A stretch of 30,956 nt of DNA from Armatimonadota bacterium. GTDB lineage: Bacteria; Sysuimicrobiota; Sysuimicrobiia; Sysuimicrobiales; Kaftiobacteriaceae. A program made the translations under genes and the position numbers. The stretch is taken from the NCBI GenBank assembly GCA_037440005.1, contig JBBIUY010000036.1:1-30956 (forward strand). The letters are read 5' to 3'. Under the pieces are notes generated by a model. That model worked only from the letters and a program-made list of their open reading frames with translations. It made no database searches and was not told the origin of the DNA. This document shows, piece by piece, positions 1-8,839 of the stretch (position 1 is its first letter; each line of letters opens with the position of its first letter).

Positions 1-42
1 GGCCTCGAAAGACCTTCGCTGTCGGGGGGCGCAGCGCTTGCA

Positions 43-48
43 TATAAT
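43..48 (+). promoter_or_regulatory. Candidate sigma70-type -10 element (TATAAT) upstream of the RHH-DUF5678/protease pair
   Basis: Perfect TATAAT in an AT-rich patch of otherwise very GC-rich DNA, about 70 bp upstream of the first gene; no convincing -35 seen. Confidence 0.4.
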
Positions 49-116
49 CAGACCCCTTTTGGTAGGTTTGCTCACTTCTGTTGTCCGTGTTAGCATCACC
101 GGCGGGGGTGAGTCTA

Positions 117-557
117 GTGGCGGGCAAGACGCTGTACCTGCGCGGTCTTCCCGAGGACGTGGTGCGGGAAGCCAAGGCCGCGGCGGCCCGGCGCGGGGTG
201 ACGTTGGCGGCCCTCGTGACCGAGGCCCTCCGGCGAGTGGTCGGTGGGAAGCCGACCGGCGCAACCCGGCGAGCCGGGAGCGCCCGCGCCACCCGTGGGG
301 GGGAAGACCAAGACGCGGAGTGGGGGTTGGATGAGAGCATGCGCTGGTTTGAGGCCAACCGCGCCCGCCTGCTGCGCCGGTACCGGGACCAGTACGTAGC
401 CATCCTGGGCGGCCGGGTCATCGACCACGACCGGGACTTTGACAGACTGGCCCGGCGCGTTTTCTCTCGGGTGGGGAACCGGCCCGTGTGCATCCCCAAG
501 GTGACCCCCGCCGAACGGGTCGTTCGTGTTCCCTCGCCCCGACTGGCCGGAGACTGA
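117..557 (+). CDS. Ribbon-helix-helix-like N-terminal domain fused to a DUF5678-like domain (antitoxin-like)
   Basis: N-term KTLYLRGLPEDVVREAKAAAARRGVTLAALVTEALRR has the beta-alpha-alpha pattern of RHH antitoxins. C-term WFEANRARLLRRYRDQYVAILGGRVIDHDRD resembles DUF5678. GTG at 117 follows a GGGGTGA SD-like sequence; the ORF track starts at 81. Confidence 0.7.
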   Translation: MAGKTLYLRGLPEDVVREAKAAAARRGVTLAALVTEALRRVVGGKPTGATRRAGSARATRGGEDQDAEWGLDESMRWFEANRARLLRRYRDQYVAILGGRVIDHDRDFDRLARRVFSRVGNRPVCIPKVTPAERVVRVPSPRLAGD

Positions 558-558
558 C

Positions 559-963
559 ATGACGGCGGAGGCCGGGGTCCGCCGGCGACGTCCCGGGCGA
601 GCGTTCCCCTACGACACCACCCGCACCCGGGCGGCACCGGTGCTGCCGGTGCGCGTAGGCCGGCCCGACGGGGAGCCGACGGTGGCGCTGGCGGCTGTGG
701 TGGACAGCGGCGCGGACATCACGGTCCTGCCCGCGGAGCTGGCGACGGGTATGGAGCTCCCGGCCGTCGGCGACGTCCGCGTGGCAGGCATTGGCGGCGT
801 GGTCCAGCGGGCTCCCGTCTACGCCGTCCTGGTGGAGACGGCGGGTCGGCGGCGCATCGTGGAAGCGGTGGCGTTGGGCGGGGAGGCGCTGCTGGGCCGG
901 GACGTGCTGAATGCCTGGCGCGTGGTGCTCGACGGACCGCGGCTGGTCACTCGGGTAGAATAG
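559..963 (+). CDS. Retropepsin-like (clan AA) single-domain aspartic protease
   Basis: Catalytic motif VVDSGADITVLP, flap-like VAGIGG and C-terminal ALLGRDVL. ATG at 559 is 1 bp after the upstream stop, with GGAG SD. Confidence 0.85.
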   Translation: MTAEAGVRRRRPGRAFPYDTTRTRAAPVLPVRVGRPDGEPTVALAAVVDSGADITVLPAELATGMELPAVGDVRVAGIGGVVQRAPVYAVLVETAGRRRIVEAVALGGEALLGRDVLNAWRVVLDGPRLVTRVE

Positions 964-980
964 CATGGGCGGAGAGGGAG

Positions 981-1715
981 ATGGGCACGCTGGCGACGCG
1001 GGAGCGCAGGTGGGAGGCGGTCCTGGGACTGGGGGGTGCCGCGCTGGCGGCCGCCGTCCTGGTCGTCGGCGCGGGGCATGCGCTGGTCCTGCTGGCCACG
1101 GGGCGGCTTGGCGACGACCTGCTGACCATCTCGCGAGGTCGGTGGGACCTGGTGGTGGGTTCGGTGGCGGTGTTTGTGGCCTTCCTCGCGCTCATCCCGG
1201 TACGGGTACGGCGGGACTGGCGGTCCCACGGCATCTACGCGGCGTTCGTGGTCTCCCTGTTTGCGGAGATGTTCGGATTCCCCCTCACGGCGTACGTCCT
1301 GTCCGCGGGGGTGGGCCTGACGCTGTTTGAGCGTCAGTTCATGCGGTACATGTACACGGTCGGGATGCCGGTGGGATCCGTCATCACCTGTGCGGGAGTG
1401 CTACTGGTGGTGCTCGGCTGGCGGGAGATCTACCGGGCCCGGGGTGCGCTGGCCACGGGCGGGGTCTACCGCTACGTGCGGCATCCCCAGTACCTGGGCA
1501 TCCTGCTGGTGACCGCCGGATGGCTGGTGCACTGGCCGACGCTGCCGGGCCTGGCCATGTGGCCGGTGCTGGTGATTTTGTACTACCGCCTGGCCCGACG
1601 CGAGGACGCCTACCTCGACCGGGAGTTTGGCGACGCGTACCGCGCCTACGCCCGCCGGACGCCGATGCTGCTGCCGGTGCGCCCCCGCCTGAGCCCGCCG
1701 GCAGCGCGCCGGTGA
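981..1715 (+). CDS. Isoprenylcysteine carboxyl methyltransferase (ICMT/PEMT) family membrane protein
   Basis: Several hydrophobic helices plus the LATGGVYRYVRHPQYLG and REDAYLDREFGDAYRAY motifs; SD GGAGAGGGAG. Confidence 0.85.
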   Translation: MGTLATRERRWEAVLGLGGAALAAAVLVVGAGHALVLLATGRLGDDLLTISRGRWDLVVGSVAVFVAFLALIPVRVRRDWRSHGIYAAFVVSLFAEMFGFPLTAYVLSAGVGLTLFERQFMRYMYTVGMPVGSVITCAGVLLVVLGWREIYRARGALATGGVYRYVRHPQYLGILLVTAGWLVHWPTLPGLAMWPVLVILYYRLARREDAYLDREFGDAYRAYARRTPMLLPVRPRLSPPAARR

Positions 1716-1719
1716 GCCC

Positions 1720-1878
1720 TCAGCCTTTGATTCCCACGCGGGCGATACCCTGGACGAAGTAGCGCTGGGCCGCCGGGAACAGCGCCACGATGGGTAAAGC
1801 GGTGAAGATTCCCGCCGCCATCAGCAGATTCCACGACGTGCCCTGCTCCGAGTGGGTAAACACCACCAGCCCCAGGCC
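1720..1878 (-). pseudogene. C-terminal fragment of a carbohydrate ABC transporter permease (MalG/UgpE-like)
   Basis: Manual translation gives GLGLVVFTHSEQGTSWNLLMAAGIFTALPIVALFPAAQRYFVQGIARVGIKG*, the typical CUT1 permease C-terminus. The frame upstream is not permease-like and hits TGA at 1993-1995. Not in the ORF track. Confidence 0.75.
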
Positions 1879-2085
1879 GGTCCTGCTGCGGTCCGCCGGG
1901 CGGCTACCGCGGGGTGCGTCCGGCTGATGTGCGCTCGCGTGCCTGGACCCGTTCCGGCGGGAAGAGCCGGTGCACCGCCTGGAGGAGGCGGGTCAGCCGC
2001 GGCCTGTCGATGGCGGCTCTCGTCACCATTCGCGGGACGGCCGGCGGTCCCTTCGAAGAAGGCGTCGGTCGGCGGGGCGCGGCGT

Positions 2086-2115
2086 TTGACGCGGGGCGCA
2101 GCCGCGGTGTACCAT
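2086..2115 (+). promoter_or_regulatory. Sigma70-type promoter (TTGACG-N18-TACCAT) for the zincin/D-amino-acid dehydrogenase pair
   Basis: TTGACG at 2086-2091 and TACCAT at 2110-2115, directly upstream of the plus-strand gene pair. Confidence 0.55.
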
Positions 2116-2186
2116 CCCGGTGGCGGACGGTCACCTGATGCCGGAGGGTGTCCCTGCGGCCCCGTCGCGCGCGCACGTCTCAACCC

Positions 2187-2651
2187 ATGGTCATCTCCAG
2201 CGCCCTGGCGGACTTCCCTCCTTTCCGCCTGCGCCGCATCCTGGCGGACTTGCCCGCAGCCCGGGGCTACCGGCTGCTGGTCAGACCCCTGCGGTACCGC
2301 ACCGCGCCCCACCTGGCGGGCCTGTGCGACTACGACGCCCGCACCATCACCGTCCAGGTGCCCGAGCCGTTCCGGCCGTTCCGCGCGCGCATCGCCTACC
2401 GGGCGCGACGCCTGCGGACCCGGCGCGGCCGGAACACGTTCGCGTTCCGGTGGTTCTACCGCACGGTGCTGTTTCGGACCAAGACCGAGGTCATCCGCTT
2501 TCTGTACTGCCACGAGTTTTACCACTACTACCTCCACGAAATCCTGGGGCGCACGGGGTCGGCGGAGACGGCCTGCGACCGCTTTGCCCTCCAGCACTTC
2601 CGCCGGCGGCGCCGGGAGCCGGTGCGGCTGGCGGCCGGCGGACCGAGGTGA
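2187..2651 (+). CDS. Small hypothetical protein with HExxH zincin-like metallopeptidase motif
   Basis: HEFYH followed by ETACDRFA, resembling the HExxH...E-x2-AD-x-FA pattern of ImmA/IrrE-like zincins; upstream GLCDY..RTITV strand. Start uncertain (2148 GTG or 2187 ATG). Confidence 0.7.
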   Translation: MVISSALADFPPFRLRRILADLPAARGYRLLVRPLRYRTAPHLAGLCDYDARTITVQVPEPFRPFRARIAYRARRLRTRRGRNTFAFRWFYRTVLFRTKTEVIRFLYCHEFYHYYLHEILGRTGSAETACDRFALQHFRRRRREPVRLAAGGPR

Positions 2652-2656
2652 GGGCG

Positions 2657-3898
2657 ATGGCGGGGCGCGCGGTGGTGGTGGGCGCAGGCGCCGTCGGCAT
2701 CGCCGCGGCCTACTACCTCACCTTGGACGGCTGGCAGGTGACGGTGGTGGACCGGACCGATGTGGGAGGCGGTTGCTCCTACGCCAACGCCTGCCTGATC
2801 ACCGCCAGCCACGCGGCGCCGCTGCCGGGTCCCGGCGTGGTGCCGCAGGTGGCCCGATGGATCCTGCGGCCGGACAGCCCGGTGTACGTGCGGCCGCGGC
2901 TGGAGAAGGGGTTCCTGAGCTGGGGTCTGCGGTTTGTCCGCGCCTGCCGGGCCGACGCCCACCATCGAGGCGCCCGGGCCCTGCAGGCGCTGGCGCGGTG
3001 GAGCCTCCAGCTATATGACGCTCTGCCCGAGCCGGTGCGGCAGGCGTTCGGCTACCGGCGGTCGGGCCTGCTGAACGTCTGGCTGACCGCCGAGGGAGTC
3101 CGCGGTGCCGCGGCCGACGCGGACGCCCTGGAGCGGGACGGGTACCGGGTCCGGCTGCTGTCCTCCCGCGAGGCCCACGAGCTGGAGCCGGCCCTCAGTC
3201 CGCAGATCGCGGGGGCGCTGCTGGTGGAAGACGACGCCCACGGGGACTGCCACGCCTACGTCCGGGCGCTCGCTCAGGCGGCGGCGGACCGCGGCGCGCG
3301 GGTGCTGACGGGCGTGGCGGTCTCCGGGGTTGCGGTCCACCGGGGCGCGGTGCAGGGGGTGACTCTGTCAGCGGGCGGAACGGTCTCCGCCGACGTGGTG
3401 GTCCTGGCCGCAGGTGCGTGGACACCGGCCCTGCTGGCCCCCCTGGGGGTGCGGCTGCGTGTGGAGCCCGCCAAAGGCTACTCCGCCACCCTGGCCGGAG
3501 TCCCGCGCGCGCCGTCGGTGCCGGTGTACGTCATGGAGCGCCGCGTGGCCATCACCCCGCTGCCCGGCCGCCTGCGGATCGGCGGCACGTTGGAGCTGGC
3601 CGGGTTCCGGGAGGGGATCGACGGGCACCGCTATCGCGCCGTCCTGGCCGCGGCCCGGCGTGCTCTGGCGGAGCCGTTGCCGGCCGACGGGAGCGCGTGG
3701 GCGGGATTCCGGCCTCTGGCCGCAGACGGCCTGCCGGCGATCGGTCCCGTGCCCGGGATCGACGGCCTGTTCGTGGCCGCCGGCCACGGCACGCTCGGAT
3801 TCACCCTGTCCCCGGGCACCGGCCGGGCGGTGGCGGATCTGGTGGCCGGGCGGCCTCCCCGGATCTCCCTCGAACCGTTTCGGGTCGACAGGTTCTGA
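2657..3898 (+). CDS. FAD-dependent oxidoreductase, D-amino-acid dehydrogenase (DadA/DAO)-like
   Basis: Rossmann motif VVVGAGAVG, plus SYANA, VEPAKGYS, WAGFRP and GHGTLGFTLSPGTG. ATG at 2657 follows a GAGGTG SD. Confidence 0.88.
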   Translation: MAGRAVVVGAGAVGIAAAYYLTLDGWQVTVVDRTDVGGGCSYANACLITASHAAPLPGPGVVPQVARWILRPDSPVYVRPRLEKGFLSWGLRFVRACRADAHHRGARALQALARWSLQLYDALPEPVRQAFGYRRSGLLNVWLTAEGVRGAAADADALERDGYRVRLLSSREAHELEPALSPQIAGALLVEDDAHGDCHAYVRALAQAAADRGARVLTGVAVSGVAVHRGAVQGVTLSAGGTVSADVVVLAAGAWTPALLAPLGVRLRVEPAKGYSATLAGVPRAPSVPVYVMERRVAITPLPGRLRIGGTLELAGFREGIDGHRYRAVLAAARRALAEPLPADGSAWAGFRPLAADGLPAIGPVPGIDGLFVAAGHGTLGFTLSPGTGRAVADLVAGRPPRISLEPFRVDRF

Positions 3899-3916
3899 GG
3901 GGGAGAACGCGGACGG

Positions 3917-5884
3917 TCACTCCGGCGGAGTGCTTGCGGCGGGCGCCGATTCCGGCGCTGGCACCCGCGCCCGCCGCCCCCGCTGCATCACCAGCACGGC
4001 GCCCAGCAGCGCGATCCCGACCAGATCGGTGGCGGCGCCGGGGCGGATCAGCAGCAGGGAGGAGGCGAAGAGGAGGGCGCGTTCCGCCGGGCGGGCGGGG
4101 CGGATCAGATGGCCGATGACCGCGGCCGCCAGGCACAGCGTGCCCAGGGTGCCTGTGGCCAGAGCCAGGGCGGTCTCCGGCCACGGCCGCTGTCCCAGCA
4201 GGATTGCGGGCCCGTAGACGAACATGAACGGGACGATGTAGCCTGCCAGGCCGAATCGCATGGACTCCACCGACGACTCCCACATGGGCGCCCGGGCGAT
4301 GCTGGCGGCGGCGAAGGACGCGAACGCCACGGGCGGCGTCACCGCCGAGATGATGGAGAAGTAGAAGATGAACATGTGGGCCGCCAGCGGGAGGGCGCCC
4401 ATCTGGATCAGGGCGGGCGCCAGGGTGCTGGCGGCGATGGCGTAGGCCGCCGTGGTCGGCAGGCCGATCCCCAGGATCAGGGCGGCGACCATGGTGGCCA
4501 CCAGCCCCAGCAGCAGGTTGCCGCCGGCCAGGTCGATGAGCAGCTCGGAGAACTTCCCGCCCAGGCCGGTCAGGGCCAGGATGCCCACGATGACCCCGGC
4601 CGAGGCGCAGGAGACGCCGATCTCGATGGTGCGCTTGGCCCCCTCCTCCATGGCGGAGACGATCGTGCGCAGGGTCAGCCGCGTGTCGGGACGGGCCAGG
4701 GAAAAGACGATGGCGGTGGCCAGGGCGTACAGGGCGGCGCGGGCGGGGGCGGCGCCGACCACCATGATCATGTACAGCAGCACCCCGATGGGCACCAGCA
4801 GGTAGCCGTGTCGCACCATGACGTCCCCGAACCGGGGCAGCTCCTGCCGGGGCAGCCCCCGCAGGCCCCGGGAGGCGGCGTAGAACTCGATCATCCAGTA
4901 GGCGGCCACGTAGTACAGCAGGGCCGGGCCCACGGCGGCGACGGCGACCCTCGAGTAAGGAATTCCCAGGATGTCGGCCATCAGGAAGGCCGCCGCGCCC
5001 ATGATGGGCGGGACGATCTGGCCGCCGGTGCTGTTCATGGCCTCGATGCCGGCCGCCACGGGTCCGGTGAACCCGGTAGCCTTCATCAACGGGATGTTGA
5101 TCACCCCGTCCACCATCACGTTGGCGGCGGAGGACCCGCTGGCTGTGCCGAACAGGGCGCTGGTGAGGATGGAGACTTTGGCCGGGCCTCCCCGGCGGGC
5201 GCCCGCCACGCTCAGGGCGGCCTGGACGATGAACTTGCCGATGTTGGAGGCCTCGATGAAGGCGCCGAACAGGATGAACAGGTACACGTCCCGGGCGGAG
5301 ACCTGCACGGGCACCCCGTAGACGCCGTTGTCGCTGAACAGGAACGAGACGACGGTGCTGAAGGTAAATCCCTTATGGGTGAGCAGACCCGGCAGGTAGG
5401 GTCCGACAAAGGGGTAGAGGGCGAACGCCAGCCCCATGAGGGGCAGCGACCACCCGGTGGCCCGCCGGGCGGCTTCGGTGACGACCACCAGCAGCAGGGT
5501 GCCCACGATCACGTCGCCCCGGGTGGGGAACACCCCCGCCCGTCCCGTCAGGTCCTCGAAGGTCACGAAGACGTAGACCAGCACCGCCAGGGCCGCCGCG
5601 ACGAGCAGCCAGTCCAGCACGGTCGGGCTCTGCTGGCCACGGCGACCGGGGATGACCAGGAAGGCCAGGACCACCACGAAGGTGACGTGGACTGCGTACA
5701 GCTTCTGGGGTTCGGTGACGATGCCGAACAGCCGCCCTAGCTGGACGATGTGATAGACGGCCATCGCCACCGCGATGGCCTGCACCAGGGCCCGCAGCGG
5801 CGCGGACAGGATCCGCGCCGGCACTTCGGGCACCTGGCCGAGCTGGGTGGTGTCGACCGGGAGGCCGGGCCGGTCCGAGGTCAC
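3917..5884 (-). CDS. TRAP transporter fused 4TM/12TM permease (TAXI-associated)
   Basis: Many TM helices; GGPAKV, SGSSAANV, STGGQIVPPIMGAAAFLMA, GLPTTAAY and TPPVAFASFAA motifs. Confidence 0.93.
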   Translation of the reverse strand: MTSDRPGLPVDTTQLGQVPEVPARILSAPLRALVQAIAVAMAVYHIVQLGRLFGIVTEPQKLYAVHVTFVVVLAFLVIPGRRGQQSPTVLDWLLVAAALAVLVYVFVTFEDLTGRAGVFPTRGDVIVGTLLLVVVTEAARRATGWSLPLMGLAFALYPFVGPYLPGLLTHKGFTFSTVVSFLFSDNGVYGVPVQVSARDVYLFILFGAFIEASNIGKFIVQAALSVAGARRGGPAKVSILTSALFGTASGSSAANVMVDGVINIPLMKATGFTGPVAAGIEAMNSTGGQIVPPIMGAAAFLMADILGIPYSRVAVAAVGPALLYYVAAYWMIEFYAASRGLRGLPRQELPRFGDVMVRHGYLLVPIGVLLYMIMVVGAAPARAALYALATAIVFSLARPDTRLTLRTIVSAMEEGAKRTIEIGVSCASAGVIVGILALTGLGGKFSELLIDLAGGNLLLGLVATMVAALILGIGLPTTAAYAIAASTLAPALIQMGALPLAAHMFIFYFSIISAVTPPVAFASFAAASIARAPMWESSVESMRFGLAGYIVPFMFVYGPAILLGQRPWPETALALATGTLGTLCLAAAVIGHLIRPARPAERALLFASSLLLIRPGAATDLVGIALLGAVLVMQRGRRARVPAPESAPAASTPPE

Positions 5885-5905
5885 CGGATGACTCCGGGGA
5901 TCCCG

Positions 5906-6907
5906 CTACCTCTTCATCTCCGGGGGAATGTGCTCGGGAGCCAGGGTGACCCCCTGCTCGCGGAAGTACCGGATCGCCCCCGGGTGCATGGGCATCCTGA
6001 TGTAGAAGATGTTCACCGGCAGCATCTCGTGGGCCGTGGGGTGCACCGTGGCCAGGAACTCCCGGTTGGTGAGCATGGTCTTGGTCAGCTCGTAGACGAA
6101 GTCGTCCGGCATGTCCTTGTGCACGATGGCGGCGTTCCACATCTGCACCGTGGAGATGGCTTCGTCCTGCCCGCGGTACACGCCGGGACGGATGGCCGCC
6201 CGGGCCAGGTAGGGATACCGGGAGGTCAGGACCTCGATCTGCTCCCGGGTGAAGCCGAAGAAGCGCATGGGCCGGGTGATGGACGCCTCCACCCACGCCG
6301 GGACCGGTACGCCGATGACCCCGAAGGCGGCGTCCACCACGCCGTCCCGGATGGCCGATGCGCCGTCGGCGAACCCCAGGTAGACGATGCGACGCGGCGT
6401 GACCTTGAACAGCTGCAGGACCCTCTCGCCCGCGAACTCCGCCGAACCGCCCCGGGGGCCCAGGCTCACCACCTTGCCGGACAGGTCCGCCACCGACCGG
6501 ATGCCCGAGTCGGCGCTGACCATCCAGTGGGCGTAGGAGGTGTACATGGGGAAGATGACCCGGACGGCATCCATCTTCTTGCCGGCGAATTCGCCGATCC
6601 CCTGCAGGGCCTCAAACAACGGGCCCGTGGTGGTCATGCCCAGCTCGATCTCCTTGGTCTGGACCAGCTGGATGTTCTGCACGGGCCCGCCGGTGACCCG
6701 GTTGGTGGCCGCCAGGCCCATCTTCTCGCTGATGACCCGCGCCCACCCCCCGGCCACCACAAAGTACACGCCGCCGATGGATGCCGAGCCGATGGTCACC
6801 GACCGCGGCCAGCCCGGCCGGGGCTGGGTGTAGGCCGCGCCCACCCCTCCGGCCACCAGCGCGGCGGCCACCACCATACTGAGGGCAGTTCTCCGCCGTG
6901 TCGTCAC
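5906..6907 (-). CDS. TAXI-family TRAP transporter solute-binding protein
   Basis: Signal peptide, IGSASIGGVYF, TGGPVQN, DLSGKVVSLGPRGG and PMHPGAIRYFRE; adjacent to the fused TRAP permease. Confidence 0.92.
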   Translation of the reverse strand: MTTRRRTALSMVVAAALVAGGVGAAYTQPRPGWPRSVTIGSASIGGVYFVVAGGWARVISEKMGLAATNRVTGGPVQNIQLVQTKEIELGMTTTGPLFEALQGIGEFAGKKMDAVRVIFPMYTSYAHWMVSADSGIRSVADLSGKVVSLGPRGGSAEFAGERVLQLFKVTPRRIVYLGFADGASAIRDGVVDAAFGVIGVPVPAWVEASITRPMRFFGFTREQIEVLTSRYPYLARAAIRPGVYRGQDEAISTVQMWNAAIVHKDMPDDFVYELTKTMLTNREFLATVHPTAHEMLPVNIFYIRMPMHPGAIRYFREQGVTLAPEHIPPEMKR

Positions 6908-7111
6908 CGCGATCCCCTCCGGTCCCGTTGTCCGCGCGTCCCGGTGCGTAGGCCCCGGGTGTACGCACGATAGATTCGCGCGGGGCGTGCGGCGGCTCCT
7001 GCCGGGGGCCCGGCACCCCGCTCCGTCGGGAGGCGGCCAGCCTTTAGTTGTGGAAAACTCCGCGCCTCCCCGCAGGACCCGGGGCGCGGCCCCGGTGCCA
7101 GCGCCCGAAGG

Positions 7112-8839
7112 CTACCCCCTGCGGGGGGAGCGGGACGGGGGCCGCGAGCGGGAAGGCCTGTCCCGGACGACGCGGCCGCGGCGCAGGCGTGCGCCGTAGG
7201 CCGCCAGCCCGCGCGCGGTGATATAGCCTTCCCGCAGGTCCCGCTCCAGCAGCGACAGCGGTCGCCGGCGCGGATCGCCGAACCCGCTCCCTCCGGCGGC
7301 GTCCAGGACGACCACGTCGGTGGGCGCGCGCAGTTCCACCAGCTGGGTGAGCCCTTCGGCGCGGGCCAGGACCCGGCCGCGGATCCGGTATCCGGCCGGC
7401 CCGCCGGCCCGTCCGCCCAGCAGGCCCTCCTGGGGAGAGCCCAGGCCGTGGGGGAGGACCTGACAGAGCACCGGCAGGCCGTCGTCGTACAGTTTGCGGA
7501 TCACCACCCGCTGGCCCAGACCGCCGCGGTGTTCGCCCGCCCCGCCCGAGTCGGGGATGAACTCCTTGCGCTCCACCAGCAGCGGCGTGCGCTGCTCGAA
7601 CATCTCCACGGGGACGTTGGCGGCGGAGGTGGGGTACAGCAGAGCCGAGACGCCGTCGCCGTGCCGCCCGGCGCCCTGGCCCCCGCCGAACATGATGTGG
7701 TCGTTGAAGACGCGTCCGGCGGCGTCCCGGCCGTAGGCCGCGCAAAACCCCGGCAGCCCCGTGAACGCCTGCACCCGGTCGGGCAGGACCGGCGCCAGCG
7801 CCCGAAACACCGCCGGTCCGCAGAACCACCCGACCATGGTCCGCTGGTTCACCGACGCCGGATACCGGCAGGCCAGGACGCTGCCCTCGGGCGCCCGGAC
7901 GTGCAGCGGCCGGAAGCAGCCGGCGTTGCTGGGGATCTCGGGCGTCAGGATGGACTTCAGCGCGTAGGTGGTGTGGGCGGCGGTGTAGGTGGCGGTGCAG
8001 TTCACCCCCCCGAAGGGCAGTTCGGGAGGGGCGTCCCAGGCGACCGTGAGCTCGTCGCCGGCCACCGTGATCGCGCAGCCCAACCGCAGGCGCCGGCCCG
8101 CCACCTGGAAGGTCACCTCGCTGGTGTAGGTGCCGTCGGGGACCCGGGCGATGGCCTCGCGCATGGCCGCTTCGGACCGCGCCTGCACCTCCCGGGCCAG
8201 CGGCTCCAGGGAGTCCAGCCCGTACTCGTCCATGAACTGCAGCAGGCGGCGGGCGCCCACGTGGTTGGCGCTCACCTGGGCCTGGATGTCCCCCCACACC
8301 ATCCGGGGGTGGCGGACGTTGCGCCGGATCATCTCCGCCAGGTCGGCGTTCAGCTGCCCGGCGCGGTACAGCTTCAGGGGCGGGATCTGCAGGCCCTCCT
8401 CGTAGACCTCCCGGGCGCGGCCGGAATCCTTGGTGCCTCCGATGTCGGAGCAGTGGCCGATGGACCCCACCAGGCCCACCAGGCGGCCCCGGCGGAAGAC
8501 CGGCGTCACCACGGCGATGTCGAACAGGTGGCCGGCGCACACCCACGGGTCGTTGGTGATGAGGACGTCGCCGTCCTGCAGGTCGTCCCGCGGGAACGCC
8601 TCGAACAGCGCCCGCACGGCCCGGGGCAGGGTCAGGTTGAAGACCGGCATCGACCGGGGCGAGTGGGCCAGGGAGTGGGCGTGCTCGTCCAGCAGCTCGC
8701 ACCCGAAGTCCTGGGCTTCGCCGATGATGGTGGAAAACGCCGTGCGCCAGATGGTCACCCAGCACTCCTCGGTGATGTTGATCAGGCGGCTCCACATGAT
8801 CTCCAGAGCCACCGGGTCGAAGGTCGTCCGCAGCGTCAT
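7112..8839 (-). CDS. Hydantoinase B / 5-oxoprolinase beta-type subunit (HyuB-like)
   Basis: DPVALEIMWSRL, RTAFSTII, GDVLITNDPW, GHLFD, HCSDIGG, EEGLQIPP and DSGGAGEHRGG motifs. ATG at 8839 overlaps the upstream stop (ATGA). Confidence 0.93.
   Translation of the reverse strand: MTLRTTFDPVALEIMWSRLINITEECWVTIWRTAFSTIIGEAQDFGCELLDEHAHSLAHSPRSMPVFNLTLPRAVRALFEAFPRDDLQDGDVLITNDPWVCAGHLFDIAVVTPVFRRGRLVGLVGSIGHCSDIGGTKDSGRAREVYEEGLQIPPLKLYRAGQLNADLAEMIRRNVRHPRMVWGDIQAQVSANHVGARRLLQFMDEYGLDSLEPLAREVQARSEAAMREAIARVPDGTYTSEVTFQVAGRRLRLGCAITVAGDELTVAWDAPPELPFGGVNCTATYTAAHTTYALKSILTPEIPSNAGCFRPLHVRAPEGSVLACRYPASVNQRTMVGWFCGPAVFRALAPVLPDRVQAFTGLPGFCAAYGRDAAGRVFNDHIMFGGGQGAGRHGDGVSALLYPTSAANVPVEMFEQRTPLLVERKEFIPDSGGAGEHRGGLGQRVVIRKLYDDGLPVLCQVLPHGLGSPQEGLLGGRAGGPAGYRIRGRVLARAEGLTQLVELRAPTDVVVLDAAGGSGFGDPRRRPLSLLERDLREGYITARGLAAYGARLRRGRVVRDRPSRSRPPSRSPRRG

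Noticed and set aside
1904..2029. 41-codon minus-strand ORF MVTRAAIDRPRLTRLLQAVHRLFPPERVQARERTSAGRTPR
   Set aside because: No suitably spaced SD, no recognisable motif, and its ATG overlaps a promoter-like element.
2430..2445. GAAC-AC-GTTC palindrome resembling an SOS box
   Set aside because: Spacer is 2 nt instead of 4 and it lies inside a coding region.
2120..2656. Long N-terminal extension of the D-amino-acid dehydrogenase ORF (592-aa call)
   Set aside because: It overlaps the zincin gene in another frame; the Rossmann motif begins right after ATG 2657, which has its own SD.
7049..7057. DnaA-box match (TTTTCCACA on the minus strand) in the hyuB-TAXI intergenic region
   Set aside because: Single copy with no box cluster, no AT-rich unwinding element and no origin-associated genes.
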